NCBI GenBank assembly: GCA_002104945.1
Contig: MCFH01000068.1
Coordinates: 124,001 to 188,000, forward strand
Source of the DNA: Piromyces finnis finn
Taxonomy: Eukaryota; Fungi; Neocallimastigomycota
DNA length: 64,000 bases
Direction: 5' to 3'
Of this stretch, positions 25,880-38,259 are shown piece by piece; positions within the stretch are counted from its first letter, which is position 1, and every line of letters begins with the position of its first letter. The notes beneath the pieces are model-generated. The model was given only the letters and a program-made list of their open reading frames with translations, had not been told where the DNA came from and ran no database searches. Made by a program: the position numbers and the translations under genes.

Positions 25880-26230
25880 ACTCTTGGGAACTTGCCTTCA
25901 ATTATTTAATAAATGGAGTTTTTCAAGGGGCTCTACTCATGCTCATGGTACTGAGCGAATAGAGTCGATATTTTGAGTGTTAGTTGTTATATCAATATCC
26001 CTCACTCCTTCAACTTATTTTAGATAGTAGTTGCTTTAACAACTTTTGTAACATACCATTTTAAACTTAAAATTGTTTGATTCGGTAGTATTAAATACTG
26101 ATTTTGAATATTTTTTGATTTCATTTTTATTTTAGCTTTCATTGATAATTTGTTATCCCAGTTTACTACTTATTCTCTTTGTTCTTTTATTCCTTTTTAC
26201 TCTCTATATGTTGATTAGTCAGATAAGTTT
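25880..26230 (+). mobile_element. LINE-B 5'UTR, left part (target of LINE-A insertion)
   Basis: Homologous to 50510-50920. Confidence 0.75.
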
Positions 26231-29200
26231 ATCCCACTCAAGGGGGTCTACTCATGCTCATGGTACTGAGAGAGTAGAAAGAATTAAATCCAAGTATTGC
26301 GCAATGGATGCTTGGTTAGTCTTTAAGGGAAAATTATTAGGACTAAGCTCATGGTACTGAGCGATTAAAAAACATTTTATTCATCGAATTTAAGTATTTG
26401 ATGAATAAGTGAATGTTTGATTTTTCAGGTAAGTTTGTATAGTATTTAATTAGAAGAGTAATACATTTTGTTGCTGTATTTTTTCTTTTATTCATGTATT
26501 CATGTAGTACTACTCTTCTCTTGTAAGAATCCAATGTAGTCAACTTTAGCATTTGCATTGTACTTTTATATTCATGTAGCTATTGTTGTATTGTTTCTTG
26601 TAAGAGACTGATTCACTCTACATCATGTAAAAATACTATTCACAAGCTTTCTGGTGTCGACATTCTTGATTCAAATTTTTTACCAATTTAAATATTTAAT
26701 GAAAAGTAAAGTCAAACAAGTTTAGTGTCAAAAAGCGAATCGAATTTACTAACAACAAACCAAAACTAGAATTTTTAAAGAAAATTTACAACTAGAATTC
26801 AAAAAAAAGAAACTTTAAACAAAGCATCGTAACAATTTTTGTACTATCCAGTACTTTTAAGAAGAGAGAGAGAGACAGATTTTTTCCATATACGTTATAT
26901 TTATAATTTTTATTAGTATTTATTTTATATTCAATATTTTTTAATTAGAATTTATTATCATGTCAGTCCTTTATATTAAAGATAAGAATTATATCAGACG
27001 TGGTACCCGGTCTTATGGTATCCCCTTAGATGATATTCGCTCCTTCTTTATCCGTGGTATTCGATCATGGTCAGTAAATATGCTATGGGAAAAACTCGAG
27101 GTTATTCTAGAAGATAAATTTAATTCAGTTATTAGTGTTAAATATTTTCAGACTTTCAATGATCACTTTTTCTTAGTCAAGGTTCATGGTTCAACAAAAG
27201 ATTGTATTAAAATCTTACACATGTTAAAGAAGAAACTTTCAGTTACCTCAATTTCCTTTTCAGCTCGTAGTAGAAGGAATCACAAATACACTTTTTCCAC
27301 ACTCAAACGTAAAATTTTAGTTTCTAATAAACATCAACATTCTATTCAACAATCATTTCAACAATCAGTTCAACAATCTCATCAACAATCCGATCTTCAA
27401 CAAGATCTTCAACAAGATCTTCAACAAGTTTCCCATCATAAAAATATTCCAGATCTACAGCAAACACAATTTCAATCTCAACATTCAACAATTAATTCTA
27501 ATAGCTCTATCAACTCTGATAACAGTTCAATAGTTGATAGTTCTTCAGTTTCACAGCCATCTAGTAATAGTTCTACTTATTCCTCTGATGCATCATCCAT
27601 TAATAATGATGACCTTGATAATAATAATAATAGCAACGATTCTTCCTCATCCATCAAGCCTGATAACTTTTCTTTTTGTCTTAGTTGGAACACCAATGGG
27701 TGGAATCACGAAAAGAGAGATAGTATTAGCTATTTCACAGCTATTTTCAAACCATTATTTTTATGTTTCCAAGAAACTGGTAATGGTTCTGGTTCGAATA
27801 CAGATTATCCTTGTCGTGTTACTTTGCGAAACTATAGACACTTTTTCAAGAAAGCTGACGAATCAGCTCCGGGAATGAGAGGTTTATATTTAGGTTTTCA
27901 CAATTCATGTCAAGCCTTACTTGAAAACTTCTCTGGAAAGTATATTATTTCTATTTATACTTTTAGTCTCTGGAATAGATTCAAATGCTCGATTGGAAAT
28001 GTGTATATGCCTCATAGTCATCACAACATCTATGTTGATCATGCAAAGTTAGAAGTTCGCTTGTGGTTACAAACTCATTCATCCCATCCATCGATTCTTG
28101 TTGGTGATTTTAATATGTCTAAAGTAAAATTATCCAACTGGTTATCAACTAATGGATTAGGAGATTGGGAAATTCTTCCGCTTAGAGGGTCGACTATCTC
28201 TTGGACTCGAGGTGATCAATCTTCCGACATTGACCATGCTCTTATCAATTCGAAGATGAAAGATCTTATTCACTCAGGATCATTTATAAATAATTTTTAT
28301 CCTGTATCAGACCATAAGCCACTTCTTATTAATGGTAAAATTATTCCTATGGAAGATTTTTCTAATGACTTTAATGTTCCTAAGAAAATTCTGAAATGGA
28401 ATAGATTAAAATGTATTGAGGAAAAGGAATCTATTCTCAGTCATAATAAATTCCAAATACTTTCAGCAAAAATCAACGATCCTAATGTTTCTACAGATGA
28501 ACTTTCCAAAGAGTTTACTTCAACTGCTTTTTCAATTGCAGACGAGCTCAGTATTACTTCAGCAAATAATGTTATAAAGTCTTCATTTCATATTTCACAA
28601 CAAATTTTTAATCTCCAAAAAATCAAAATGAAGTTGTATAAGAGATTTAAAAAAGAAAGAATTTATGATATAGATGAATTTATTAAAAGAATTAAAATCT
28701 ACCGTAAGCTCATTGATTACATCCACAAAAGATGTAATGAATTTAGGAAACAAGAATATCTTCATTAGATTAAAACAGGATGTGAGTATATGAAGAGTCA
28801 TAATCCTAAGAAGGCCTGGAAATGGATCAAGAAAACTGCAAAAATTGGAAAAGATTCTTTCTTTATTGCTCAACCAATTAAAAATAAAAATGGAGAATTA
28901 GTTGTTGCTACGGAAGAACAACTAGATGTGTGGCATGATCATTTCGAAAAGCTTGCATCAGATCCAAGTGGTGTAAGTCTTGATTTGGAGCATTGGTATG
29001 AATAACCAACGAATAAACGTTTTTCACTTCCTATGCTTGATGAGTGGGATATCAACCAAGATATTAGTATTGATGAAGTCAAGTCAGCTATCCTCACTAC
29101 TCCAAATTATAAAGCATCAGGTCCGGATGGTATTCCAATTGAATTTTACAAAGCATTAATTCCATCAAGTAATGATTCTAATAATGCTACAGATAATAAT

Positions 29201-31723
29201 TCTTCCGGTAATACTACTTCAGATAATGATGCTCATGGTTTAAATTTTATTCTTAAATTATTCAACCGTATTTGGGATGGAGATTTCCCCAACTCATGGA
29301 ATGAATCCAGTATTGTTTCTATTCCTAAGAAGGGAGATTTGACAGATTGTGATAACTATCGAGGTATATCACTTATCAATAATGGTATTAAGTTGATTTC
29401 CAAAATTGTCACCACTAGAATCTCAGAATATGGTCTAAAGAATAATTTCATTAGACCTGAACAATTTGGTTTTCGAAAAAAGGAAGAAAGTATTAGTCTT
29501 TTCATTTCAATCCAAGAAATATGCCGTAGACGTCAATTAGATAATAAAGAGACATATTTGGCCTTTTTAGATCTCAGGAAAGCATACGATTCAGTCCCAA
29601 TCGGTAATATTCTCCATAAATTAGATTGTTTAGGAATCCGAGGTAAGAGTCTACAATTTATCAAAAATTTATATTTAACATCTAAGGCTAATGTCAAATT
29701 AGATGGACAATTCTCGAAATCTTTTGATGTGAAGAAAGGAGTCCGTCAAGGTTGCCCTCTTTCTCCTATTCTCTTTAATCTCTTTATTAATGATATATTT
29801 AGAGAGTGCGAAGATCTAGGAGTCAGTTTGGGTGACACTCGATGCTGTGGTGGACTTTTTGCAGATGATATAGTTATTTGTGCTCCAACAAGAGGATGCT
29901 TAAAAAAGATGCTTAGAAGAGTTAATGAATGGGCATTGTATAATGAAATGGAATTTGGTATCCAGAAATGTTCAACGATGGTGATTCCTCCTGAATCAAT
30001 AGAAAATCAGAACATGAGAGATCCAACATTTTACTTAGCAGGACAACCCATTCCAACTACTGATTGCTATACTTATCTTGGTGTTCCATTTGATAAGAAT
30101 CTGTCCCTTAAACCAGTAATTAAAGCTCTTAATAACAAAGTTTTGAAAGGGCTTTTCTCAGTCAGTAAATTCTTAAGAAATCCTAATATTCCTATTCCTT
30201 TCAAAAAACTAGTACTTAACTCACAAGTGATTAGCAGAGTTTCATACTTTGCACCATTACTTGGATCCAACAAAGCTAGGTCTAGGATTGCTCAGAAGCA
30301 TGTTAACAAAGGAATACGATGGGTTGCCGGAGTTCATAAAGCTGTATCGTTTATATCTTTATACTCTATTTCAAAAGATTTGAATATTCCTCCATTGTCA
30401 GCCAAATGTGCGTTAGCTCAGGTTAGATGTTTTAACAAATGGAAAAACTCAAATTGTATTATCTCACACCTTGTCAATTACATTCCTAAATTTAGAAAAT
30501 ACACGTGGTGCAAATCAAGTAGGACACTTGATAAAAAACTAAAGAAGCATGGAGATGTTAAAGCAGTTAAAAACTTTTATTGGAAAGATCTCAAAGGGAA
30601 TTCAATCAAAGCGCAATATTATGATGATAATAAATTTATTGAAACTAAAGATTTTATTAAATTATGTTATGAGTACCCAGAGTTTGCCTATGGCTTCTAC
30701 TGGCTATTGAAAGCAAGAAGCGGATACAAGTTGGATGCTAGAGTTGCCAAAGCTGCTAAATTTGTTGATCCAGTTTGTCCTAACTACTGTCCATGTTGCA
30801 AGTGTGGAGATCAAAGTATTAAACATTGGTTATTAGATTGTCCAACATTTAGAGATATCCGTATTAAACATTATGATTCCATAGTCCAGCTATTAAATTT
30901 TTTCAGTCAACGTAATTCCAATAGTCCTATCAATAATAATGAAATTGATAATATCAGTAGAGATAGTAATAACATTAATAGTAATAGTAACAATAGTAGT
31001 AATAACAATAGTAATAGTAACAATAGTAATAGTAACAATAGTAATAATAACAATAATAGAAATAATAATATTAGTAATGATAGCAATAGTGAAGATAATA
31101 ATTCTAATTTAGATAGTAATTTAGTTAATGATAGTAATAGTTCTAATAATCCGGTGAATATTAATGTGTATGATTATTCTAGTGTGTGCAGTAAAATATT
31201 TAAATTCCTTCTTGGGGGAAGAAGTTTTAACAATATCAATTACAATTCAAGGGAATGGAAAGAACTTTGTAAGCATCAGATTCAATCTGGTACTAATGAA
31301 GGAACACCATTCTTGACGGTAACCGCGGAACTTCTAACCAAAATCATGCCTTTTGCTATTGGCCAGCAATGGTCAATGTTCAAAAGGTTTGAAGCAACAT
31401 CCAAGAGCGTCAATGCTGAAGAAACAGTAAGACAGGCCAGGAGGGCCAGCGCAACCAATGGAGATCATAATTTTGTTCCATGACAAAATTTTGATCTTTG
31501 GCTCGGTGTCCCATTGGAAGTCAAATACAATTATTATACTTTAGTATGATAGTGGCTTTCTTACTTTAATTAAAATTACTAGAATACATTATACCCAATT
31601 TTTATTCATTTGTGTTTATTTAAACATATTTTTTTTTTTTATTTTTATTTTAATTTTAATTTTTTTATTACATGTATTATAATTTTAATTAAATTAATAA
31701 TAAAGTTTAAAATATTTGATGCC

Positions 31724-31755
<32 letters not shown>
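26231..31755 (+). mobile_element. LINE family A, near full length (copy 1)
   Basis: 5'UTR, APE-RT-CCHC frame, 3'UTR, A29 tail; TSD AGTCAGATA(A/G)GTTT at 26217-26230 and 31755-31768. Confidence 0.93.
26960..31483 (+). pseudogene. LINE-A single reading frame (N-terminal domain, AP endonuclease, RT, CCHC) with in-frame TAG at 28766 and TAA at 29003
   Basis: SWNTNG, FQET, VGDFN, SDIDH, SDH endonuclease motifs; FADDIV RT; CPCCKC..HWLLDC; the three ORF-track pieces share one frame. Confidence 0.92.
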
Positions 31756-31758
<3 letters not shown>

Positions 31759-34700
31759 AGATAGGTTTGTTTTTTCAGTTAGTTTGTTATTCCTTTCATT
31801 TATTCTTGAGTTTCGTTGTGGGGTACGGCTTTCATTACTATAATCATATTTAATCTTTTTATTTTTTTTTCTATTTCTATATTTATTTTTTCGAGGGTCG
31901 CGGCTTTTTATTTTTCTTTTATGATTTTATATGATTCTAGTAATATCTTTTTTATTTTTTATTTTTGTAACTCTAGATTTTCTACTAACATTCTTTTGTA
32001 TACTTTTTCTATCTCTTTTCTATATATATATATATTTCTTATACTTTATATTATATGTATATTTATATATTTGTATAACTTAATTAGGTTTATTATGGAC
32101 TATTATGGTAAGTATTAACACCTTTTTTTTTTAACATTTTTATTATCAATGCTTCTATCCTGGAAAATCGAGTATTCTATTTTTATATTATAAATACTAC
32201 TCTTGTTTCAATTTTATCTTTAAAAAAAAAAAAAAAAATTTTATTGATAAAAGCTTTAGACAAGGTTGGAAAGGCCTTAAAAAACTTGCCAAACCAAGTT
32301 ATTCGTCCTCCAATGTTTCAACTATTAAGGACAAGAATGGCAAGGATTTATTTACTCCTCAAGAACAATTAAAACGTTGGGCTGAACATTATGAAAATCT
32401 TGCATCTGATGTTACAAATCACAGCTTAAATCGTGGTTACTGGGAAAGAGCCTTCCAATTCAATCATATCAATCAAATAGCATGAGATATAAATGGTACC
32501 ATTTTTATTTAAGAAATTAGGAATGTTGTTCTGTCAATGAAGAATAATAAGGCTCCAGGTCCCGATGGTATCCCAATTGAATTCTTCAAAGCTTTCTTTT
32601 GTAACGAAGAACTGGAAAAAGAACATAAGTCTGCTGGAAATTGTCTTAAATTAATTCTTAATAAAATCTGGAATGGTTCCTTTCCTTTGAAATGGAACTC
32701 TGCTTCCATTGTTTCTATTCCAAAGAAAGGCGATCTTTCAGACTGTAATAATTATCGTTGTATTTCTCTCATCAATGTAGGTTTTAAAACATTTCAAAAA
32801 TTGTAACTGATAGAATTTCAAAGTATGCTCTTTCTCATAATTTTATAAGACCTGAACAATTTGGTTTTAACAATATAGAAGAATGTATTAGCTTATTTGT
32901 TTCCATTAGAGAAATCTGTCAAAGAAGAAAATTTAAAGGAAAAGCCACCTATGTCGCCTTTCTAGACCTTAAAAAAGCATACGACTCAGTTCCTATTTTA
33001 ATATCCTTACAAAGTTATATAAATTAGGTATACGTGGTAAATGTTTTTATTTTTTCTCAATAATCTCTACTCTACTTCTAAAGCTCGTGCACGTTTTTTG
33101 GATATGCTTTCCAATGAATTCCCTATCAACCGTGGTGTAAGACAAGGATGTCCTCTTTCTCCTATACTTTTTAACCTCTTTATAAATGATATTTTAAATA
33201 AATGTGAAAGGCTTGGAGTTAGCTTAGGAAATAAACGTTGTTGTGGTGGCCTTTTCGCTGATGACATTGTTCTGATTGCTCCTAGCAAGAAGAACCTTCA
33301 AAAGATGCTCAATCTAATCCTTGATTGGGCTAATTTAAATGAAATGTCTTTTGGAATAAATTAATATGCAACTAATGTTTGTTAAACAATCAACTTTAAT
33401 AGATCCCCTAGTTATGTCGACCCAATATTTTACATCGGTATGTACTCGATTCCAAAGGTTTCTTGCTATACTTATCTTGGAATCCCATTCGACGAAGATC
33501 TTTCTTTGACTCCTATTCTGTCTAACATGTACAAAAAAGTTCAGAAATCTTTATTCTCTTTTAAGAGCTTCCTCACTAACAATTATGTTTCTATTGGCTT
33601 AAAAATACAGTAATTCATTCTTATATTTTAAGCAAAGTTTCTTATTATGCTCCTTTACTTGGTTCCAACAAAAATAGAACTAGAAGAGTCCAATCTCTTA
33701 TCAATACTGCTGTTTTATGGAGTGTCAATAGCTTTCACAATAAAAGTTTTAATAACAAAGATTTTGTTTTTGAACGTAATTCATTTATTAGTCTATATAC
33801 TCTTACAAGAGATATGAAGATTCCTACACTTTCAGGTATTTCTACTGTGCAACAAGTGAAATGCTTTTTTAAATGGAGAAAATCAAATTGTATTATTAAA
33901 GATCTTGTCCGATCTATTCCTCCCATGTCTCATTACTCTTGGGCCAAAGAATCTTGTTCACTCCATAAGAAGCTCATGAAAATAAATATTAAAAGTACTA
34001 AAGATATTAGAGAACATTATTGGAATATTAGCAGCCTAAATAATGGAAGTAAAGCCCTCAGATATACTAACAACAAATTCCTTAATTCAGATCGCCTAAT
34101 GCATATCTGTCTCAACATACCTCACTTAAATTTAGGAATTACCTGGATTATTCGTATTCGATGCGGTTATGAAAATACTACCCGAATTGCTATTGCCAGT
34201 AATAGAGTTACTCCTGACTTCCCTTGCGTCTGTCCATGTTGTGGATATGACGAACAATCTTTTTACCATTGGATATTAGAATGTTCCGCATTCTCTGAAA
34301 ACAGAACTTCTTCACTTTGCTTTCTTGACGATCTTTTTACCCTTTTTTACAATAAATATAAGAATCAATTCATCACATACTTACTCCCCGAAACGGAAGT
34401 AAGAAAAACAATTTATAACTATATTTTTACGTTCCTTCTTGGTGGAACTTTAACTTATGATGAGCTACAAATCGATAAGGCGGAACAAAGACATTTGAAT
34501 GAACAGCTTTACAGTTCATCGGGGTCTCATGTTCCATATGTAGAGGGTCTCGCGGCTTTTCTTACTAAAACAATCCCTATCATTAGTAGCTCTATGAAGC
34601 TACTTTTTGATAGGTTTAGTAAGACACCTAACGTAATCAAGAGCGCCGACGTCGTACCGATATGGCAAAAGAACATTCCCAATGTTCCGTATACAGGGTT

Positions 34701-35060
34701 CAATGTTAGTATTTCTTCAAATTCGAATGAAAACATTATGAACTCATGGGAGAGTTTAGTGGACACCACACTATCATACCTGATGTTACTTCTTTTTTTT
34801 ATTTCATTTAATTTATTAGGTAGGAAACAATCCCACACAGTACAAATTGCAGAGTTCATTGAACTTTTATGCAACTTAAATAATTATTTTATATTATTTT
34901 ATATTTATATTTTTATTTATATATATTATATTATTTTTATTTATTATTTATTATATCAATATTAATATGTATTATCACCTAATATTATGTAATTACACTA
35001 ATTAAATAAATAAATAAAAGATTTTTATTCTCTTCCTAGTCTAAAAAAAAAAAAAAAAAA
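31756..35060 (+). mobile_element. LINE-B: right part of 5'UTR joined to RT/CCHC region (endonuclease deleted), degraded
   Basis: 31756-32225 homologous to 50910-51380; 32240-34700 nearly identical to reverse complement of 7105-9595; poly(A) near 35043. Confidence 0.88.
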
Positions 35061-35146
35061 TTTATTATTAATTAAAGTTAATTATAACAAAAATTTCACT
35101 TAACGTAATGTAAGGTATTGATACTATGTGACTAATAAAAGTATAA

Positions 35147-35694
35147 TTTTTTTTTTTTTAACTTCCGAGAGCATTTCTCCCATCGATCGGAGTTAGCTCC
35201 AATGGTGGTTCTTAGAGAAACGTTGGCTCATTCCTATTGCTAGGTGGTTGTGACCCTCCTGGTCTGTCATACTGTTTCTTCAGCTTCGACGCTCACTTAA
35301 TCCATGTACATTAGATGCAAGTCGTTGTACGATATTTCACAACTACAATGCTAAGCCTCTTATAGTCATTTTGATCACGTGTCAACCGCCCCCTAATGTT
35401 TACACTTAAATTGATTAAGGAATATTATGTGTTTTTGGCATAGCCTAAGTCACCACTTATTAAGTTCTAATTTGGAATGTACCATGTACACTAGACCCTC
35501 TCAGGCCGGCTAGACGAGTGTTATTATCATAGTAGTAAATTAGAAAGTTCATTTATACTTACCTGAATATCATAACCCACCCCATGGCAAACCCAGTGGG
35601 AAAATCCACAGGCACTGACATCTGCGGGGTCTAACCAGAAGCCTTATGTATGCTAAGGAAACGCCTTAACAACAAGGATAAAAATTGGAACGAC
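35147..35694 (-). mobile_element. SINE copy 2
   Basis: Near-identical to 21671-22225; B box reads GGTTAGACCCC. Confidence 0.85.
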
Positions 35695-36170
35695 ATTATT
35701 ATTAAATAAGGTTAGATAATAAATATTCTTGATTACAAACCTAATCAATTATTGTCACGAATACTAGTGGAATCTACAATTTCAAGATCACTTGAAATTG
35801 TGAAATTACTTATAAAATTTCAAAATCAATAATATTTTATTTTCAAATAAATTATAAAGTTATATTAAGAAATATTTAAAAAATTTATAAAAGGTTAAGA
35901 TATGACCTTAACCCTTAATATTTTTATAATAAATAACTTTAACCCTTATCGTCAAAATTAAATAAGGAAAAACAATCGTAACTCAACAACGAATGGCGAT
36001 TTTTTGGAAATTATGGTTGGGAGATTGTGGGTTCGTTAGAAAGCCACGCTTGAGATAAACAACATATCTTAAAATCAGGTCAATATCTCTGCTGATTCAC
36101 GAGATATTCTAATTTAAAAATATTTTGTTAGTAATGATTAATTTTTTATTCAGAGAATGATCACCCCTGA

Positions 36171-36783
36171 TGTATTGAACATAAATCATTCACCCAAAAG
36201 GATATAAATTATTGTTTTAATTAAATTAAAATTATTTTCCGGAATTAACTTTATTTTATAATAATTATTTCAATAACATAACTTATAATCTTTGAATTAA
36301 AAGATTATAATTATTGAAATTATATGAAATGAATTATATTATAATTAAGAAATAATTAATATTATGAATATATAAACAATAGTTATTTTTAATAATTAGT
36401 AATAAGTCTTAAGTTTAACCTTTGTATTATAAAATATATTATAAAAAATAATCATGTATTAAAAAGTTATTTTATTATTAAATGTAAAATTACAATTTGT
36501 ATAAATAGATTAGAGTAGTTTTATGAATTAAATCTTTGTAAAGATTATTACCTTATTAATACTTAACAAGTATTACTATTAAATAATCTTATTATTATAT
36601 ATACTCTTCAAATAAAATAAAAAGAAATTATTTTAACTATAATACATAATTTAATTATTATTATTCATTTATAAAACAATTAAGATTATTTTAATAAAAC
36701 ATTTTTTCTAACCTAGTTATCTTTAATCTTTTATTTAACTTAATATTTTAATATTAAATTATAATTTTAGTAAAACTTTTACA
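36171..36783 (+). repeat. Solo LTR (613 bp), family shared with 53169-53832 and 63745-64000
   Basis: TGTATTG...AAAACTTTTACA; TATAAATA followed by GTAAAGATTATT; no TSD. Confidence 0.75.
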
Positions 36784-38226
36784 TATTATTATTATTATTA
36801 TTATTGCTATCTCTACTGATATTAACATTTTCATTATTATTGATAGGACTATTGGAATTACGTTGACTGAAAAAATTTAATAGTTGGACTATAGAATCAT
36901 AATGTTTAATACGGATATCTCTAAATGTTGGACAATCTAATAACCAATGTTTAATACTTTGAACACCACACTTGCAATATAAACAGTAGTTAGGACAAAC
37001 TGGATCAACAAATTTAGCAACTTTGGCAACTCTAGCATCCAACTTGTATCCGCTTCTTGCTTTCAATAGCCAGTAGAAGCCATAGGCAAACTCTGGGTAC
37101 TCATAACATAATTTAATAAAACCTTTAGTTTCAATAAATTTATTATAATCATAATATTGCGCTTTGATTGAATTCCCTTTGAGATCTTTCCAATAAAAGT
37201 TTTTAACTGCTTTAACATCTCCATGCTTCTTTAGTTTTTTATCAAGTGTCCTACTTGATTTGCACCACGTGTATTTTCTAAATGTAGGAATGTAATTGAC
37301 AAGGTGTGAGATAATACAATTCTAGTCTTTCCAATTGTTAAAACATCTAACCTGAGCTAATGCACATTTGGCTGACAATGGAGGAATATTCAAATCTTTT
37401 GAGATAGAGTATAAAGATATAAACGATACAGCTTTATGAACTCCGGCAACCCATCGTATTCCTTTGTTAACATGCTTCTGAACAATCCTAGACCTTGCTT
37501 TGTTGGATCCAAGTAATGGTGCAAAGTATGAAACTCTGCTAATCACTTTTGAGTAAAGTACTAGCTTTTTGAAGGGAATAGGAATATTAGGATTTCTTAA
37601 GAATTTACTGACTGAAAAAAGTCCTTTCAAAACCTTGTTATTATTTGAAGGGAATAGGAATATTTGGATTTCTTAAGAATTTACTGACTGAAAAGTCGTT
37701 CCAGTTTTTATCCTTGTTGTTAAGGCGTTTCCTTAGCATACATAAGGCTTCTGGTTAGACCCCGCAGATGTCAGTGCCTGTGGATTTTCCCACTGGGTTT
37801 GCCATGGGTTGGGTTATGATATTCAGGTAAGTATAAATGAACTTTCTAATTTACTACTATGATAATAACACTCGTCTAGCCGGCCTGAGAGGGTCTAGTG
37901 TACATGGTACATTCCAAATTAGAACTTAATAAGTGGTGACTTAGGCTATGCCAAAAACACATAATATTCCTTAATCAATTTAAGTGTAAACATTAGGGGG
38001 CGGTTGACACGTGATCAAAATGACTATAAGAGGCTTAGCATTGTAGTTGTGAAATATCGTACAACGACTTGCATCTAATGTACATGGATTAAGTGAGCGT
38101 CGAAGCTGAAGAAACAGTATGACAGACCAGGAGGGTCACAACCACCTAGCAATAGGAATGAGCCAACGTTTCTCTAAGAACCACCATTGGAGCTAACTCT
38201 GATCGATGGGAGAAATGCACTCGGAA

Positions 38227-38259
<33 letters not shown>

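Noticed and set aside
28766-29005. Stop-codon reassignment (alternative genetic code)
   Set aside because: Long intact ORFs (1454 aa, 964 aa) contain no internal TAA/TAG and end in TAA; copy 3 has TGG at the first site
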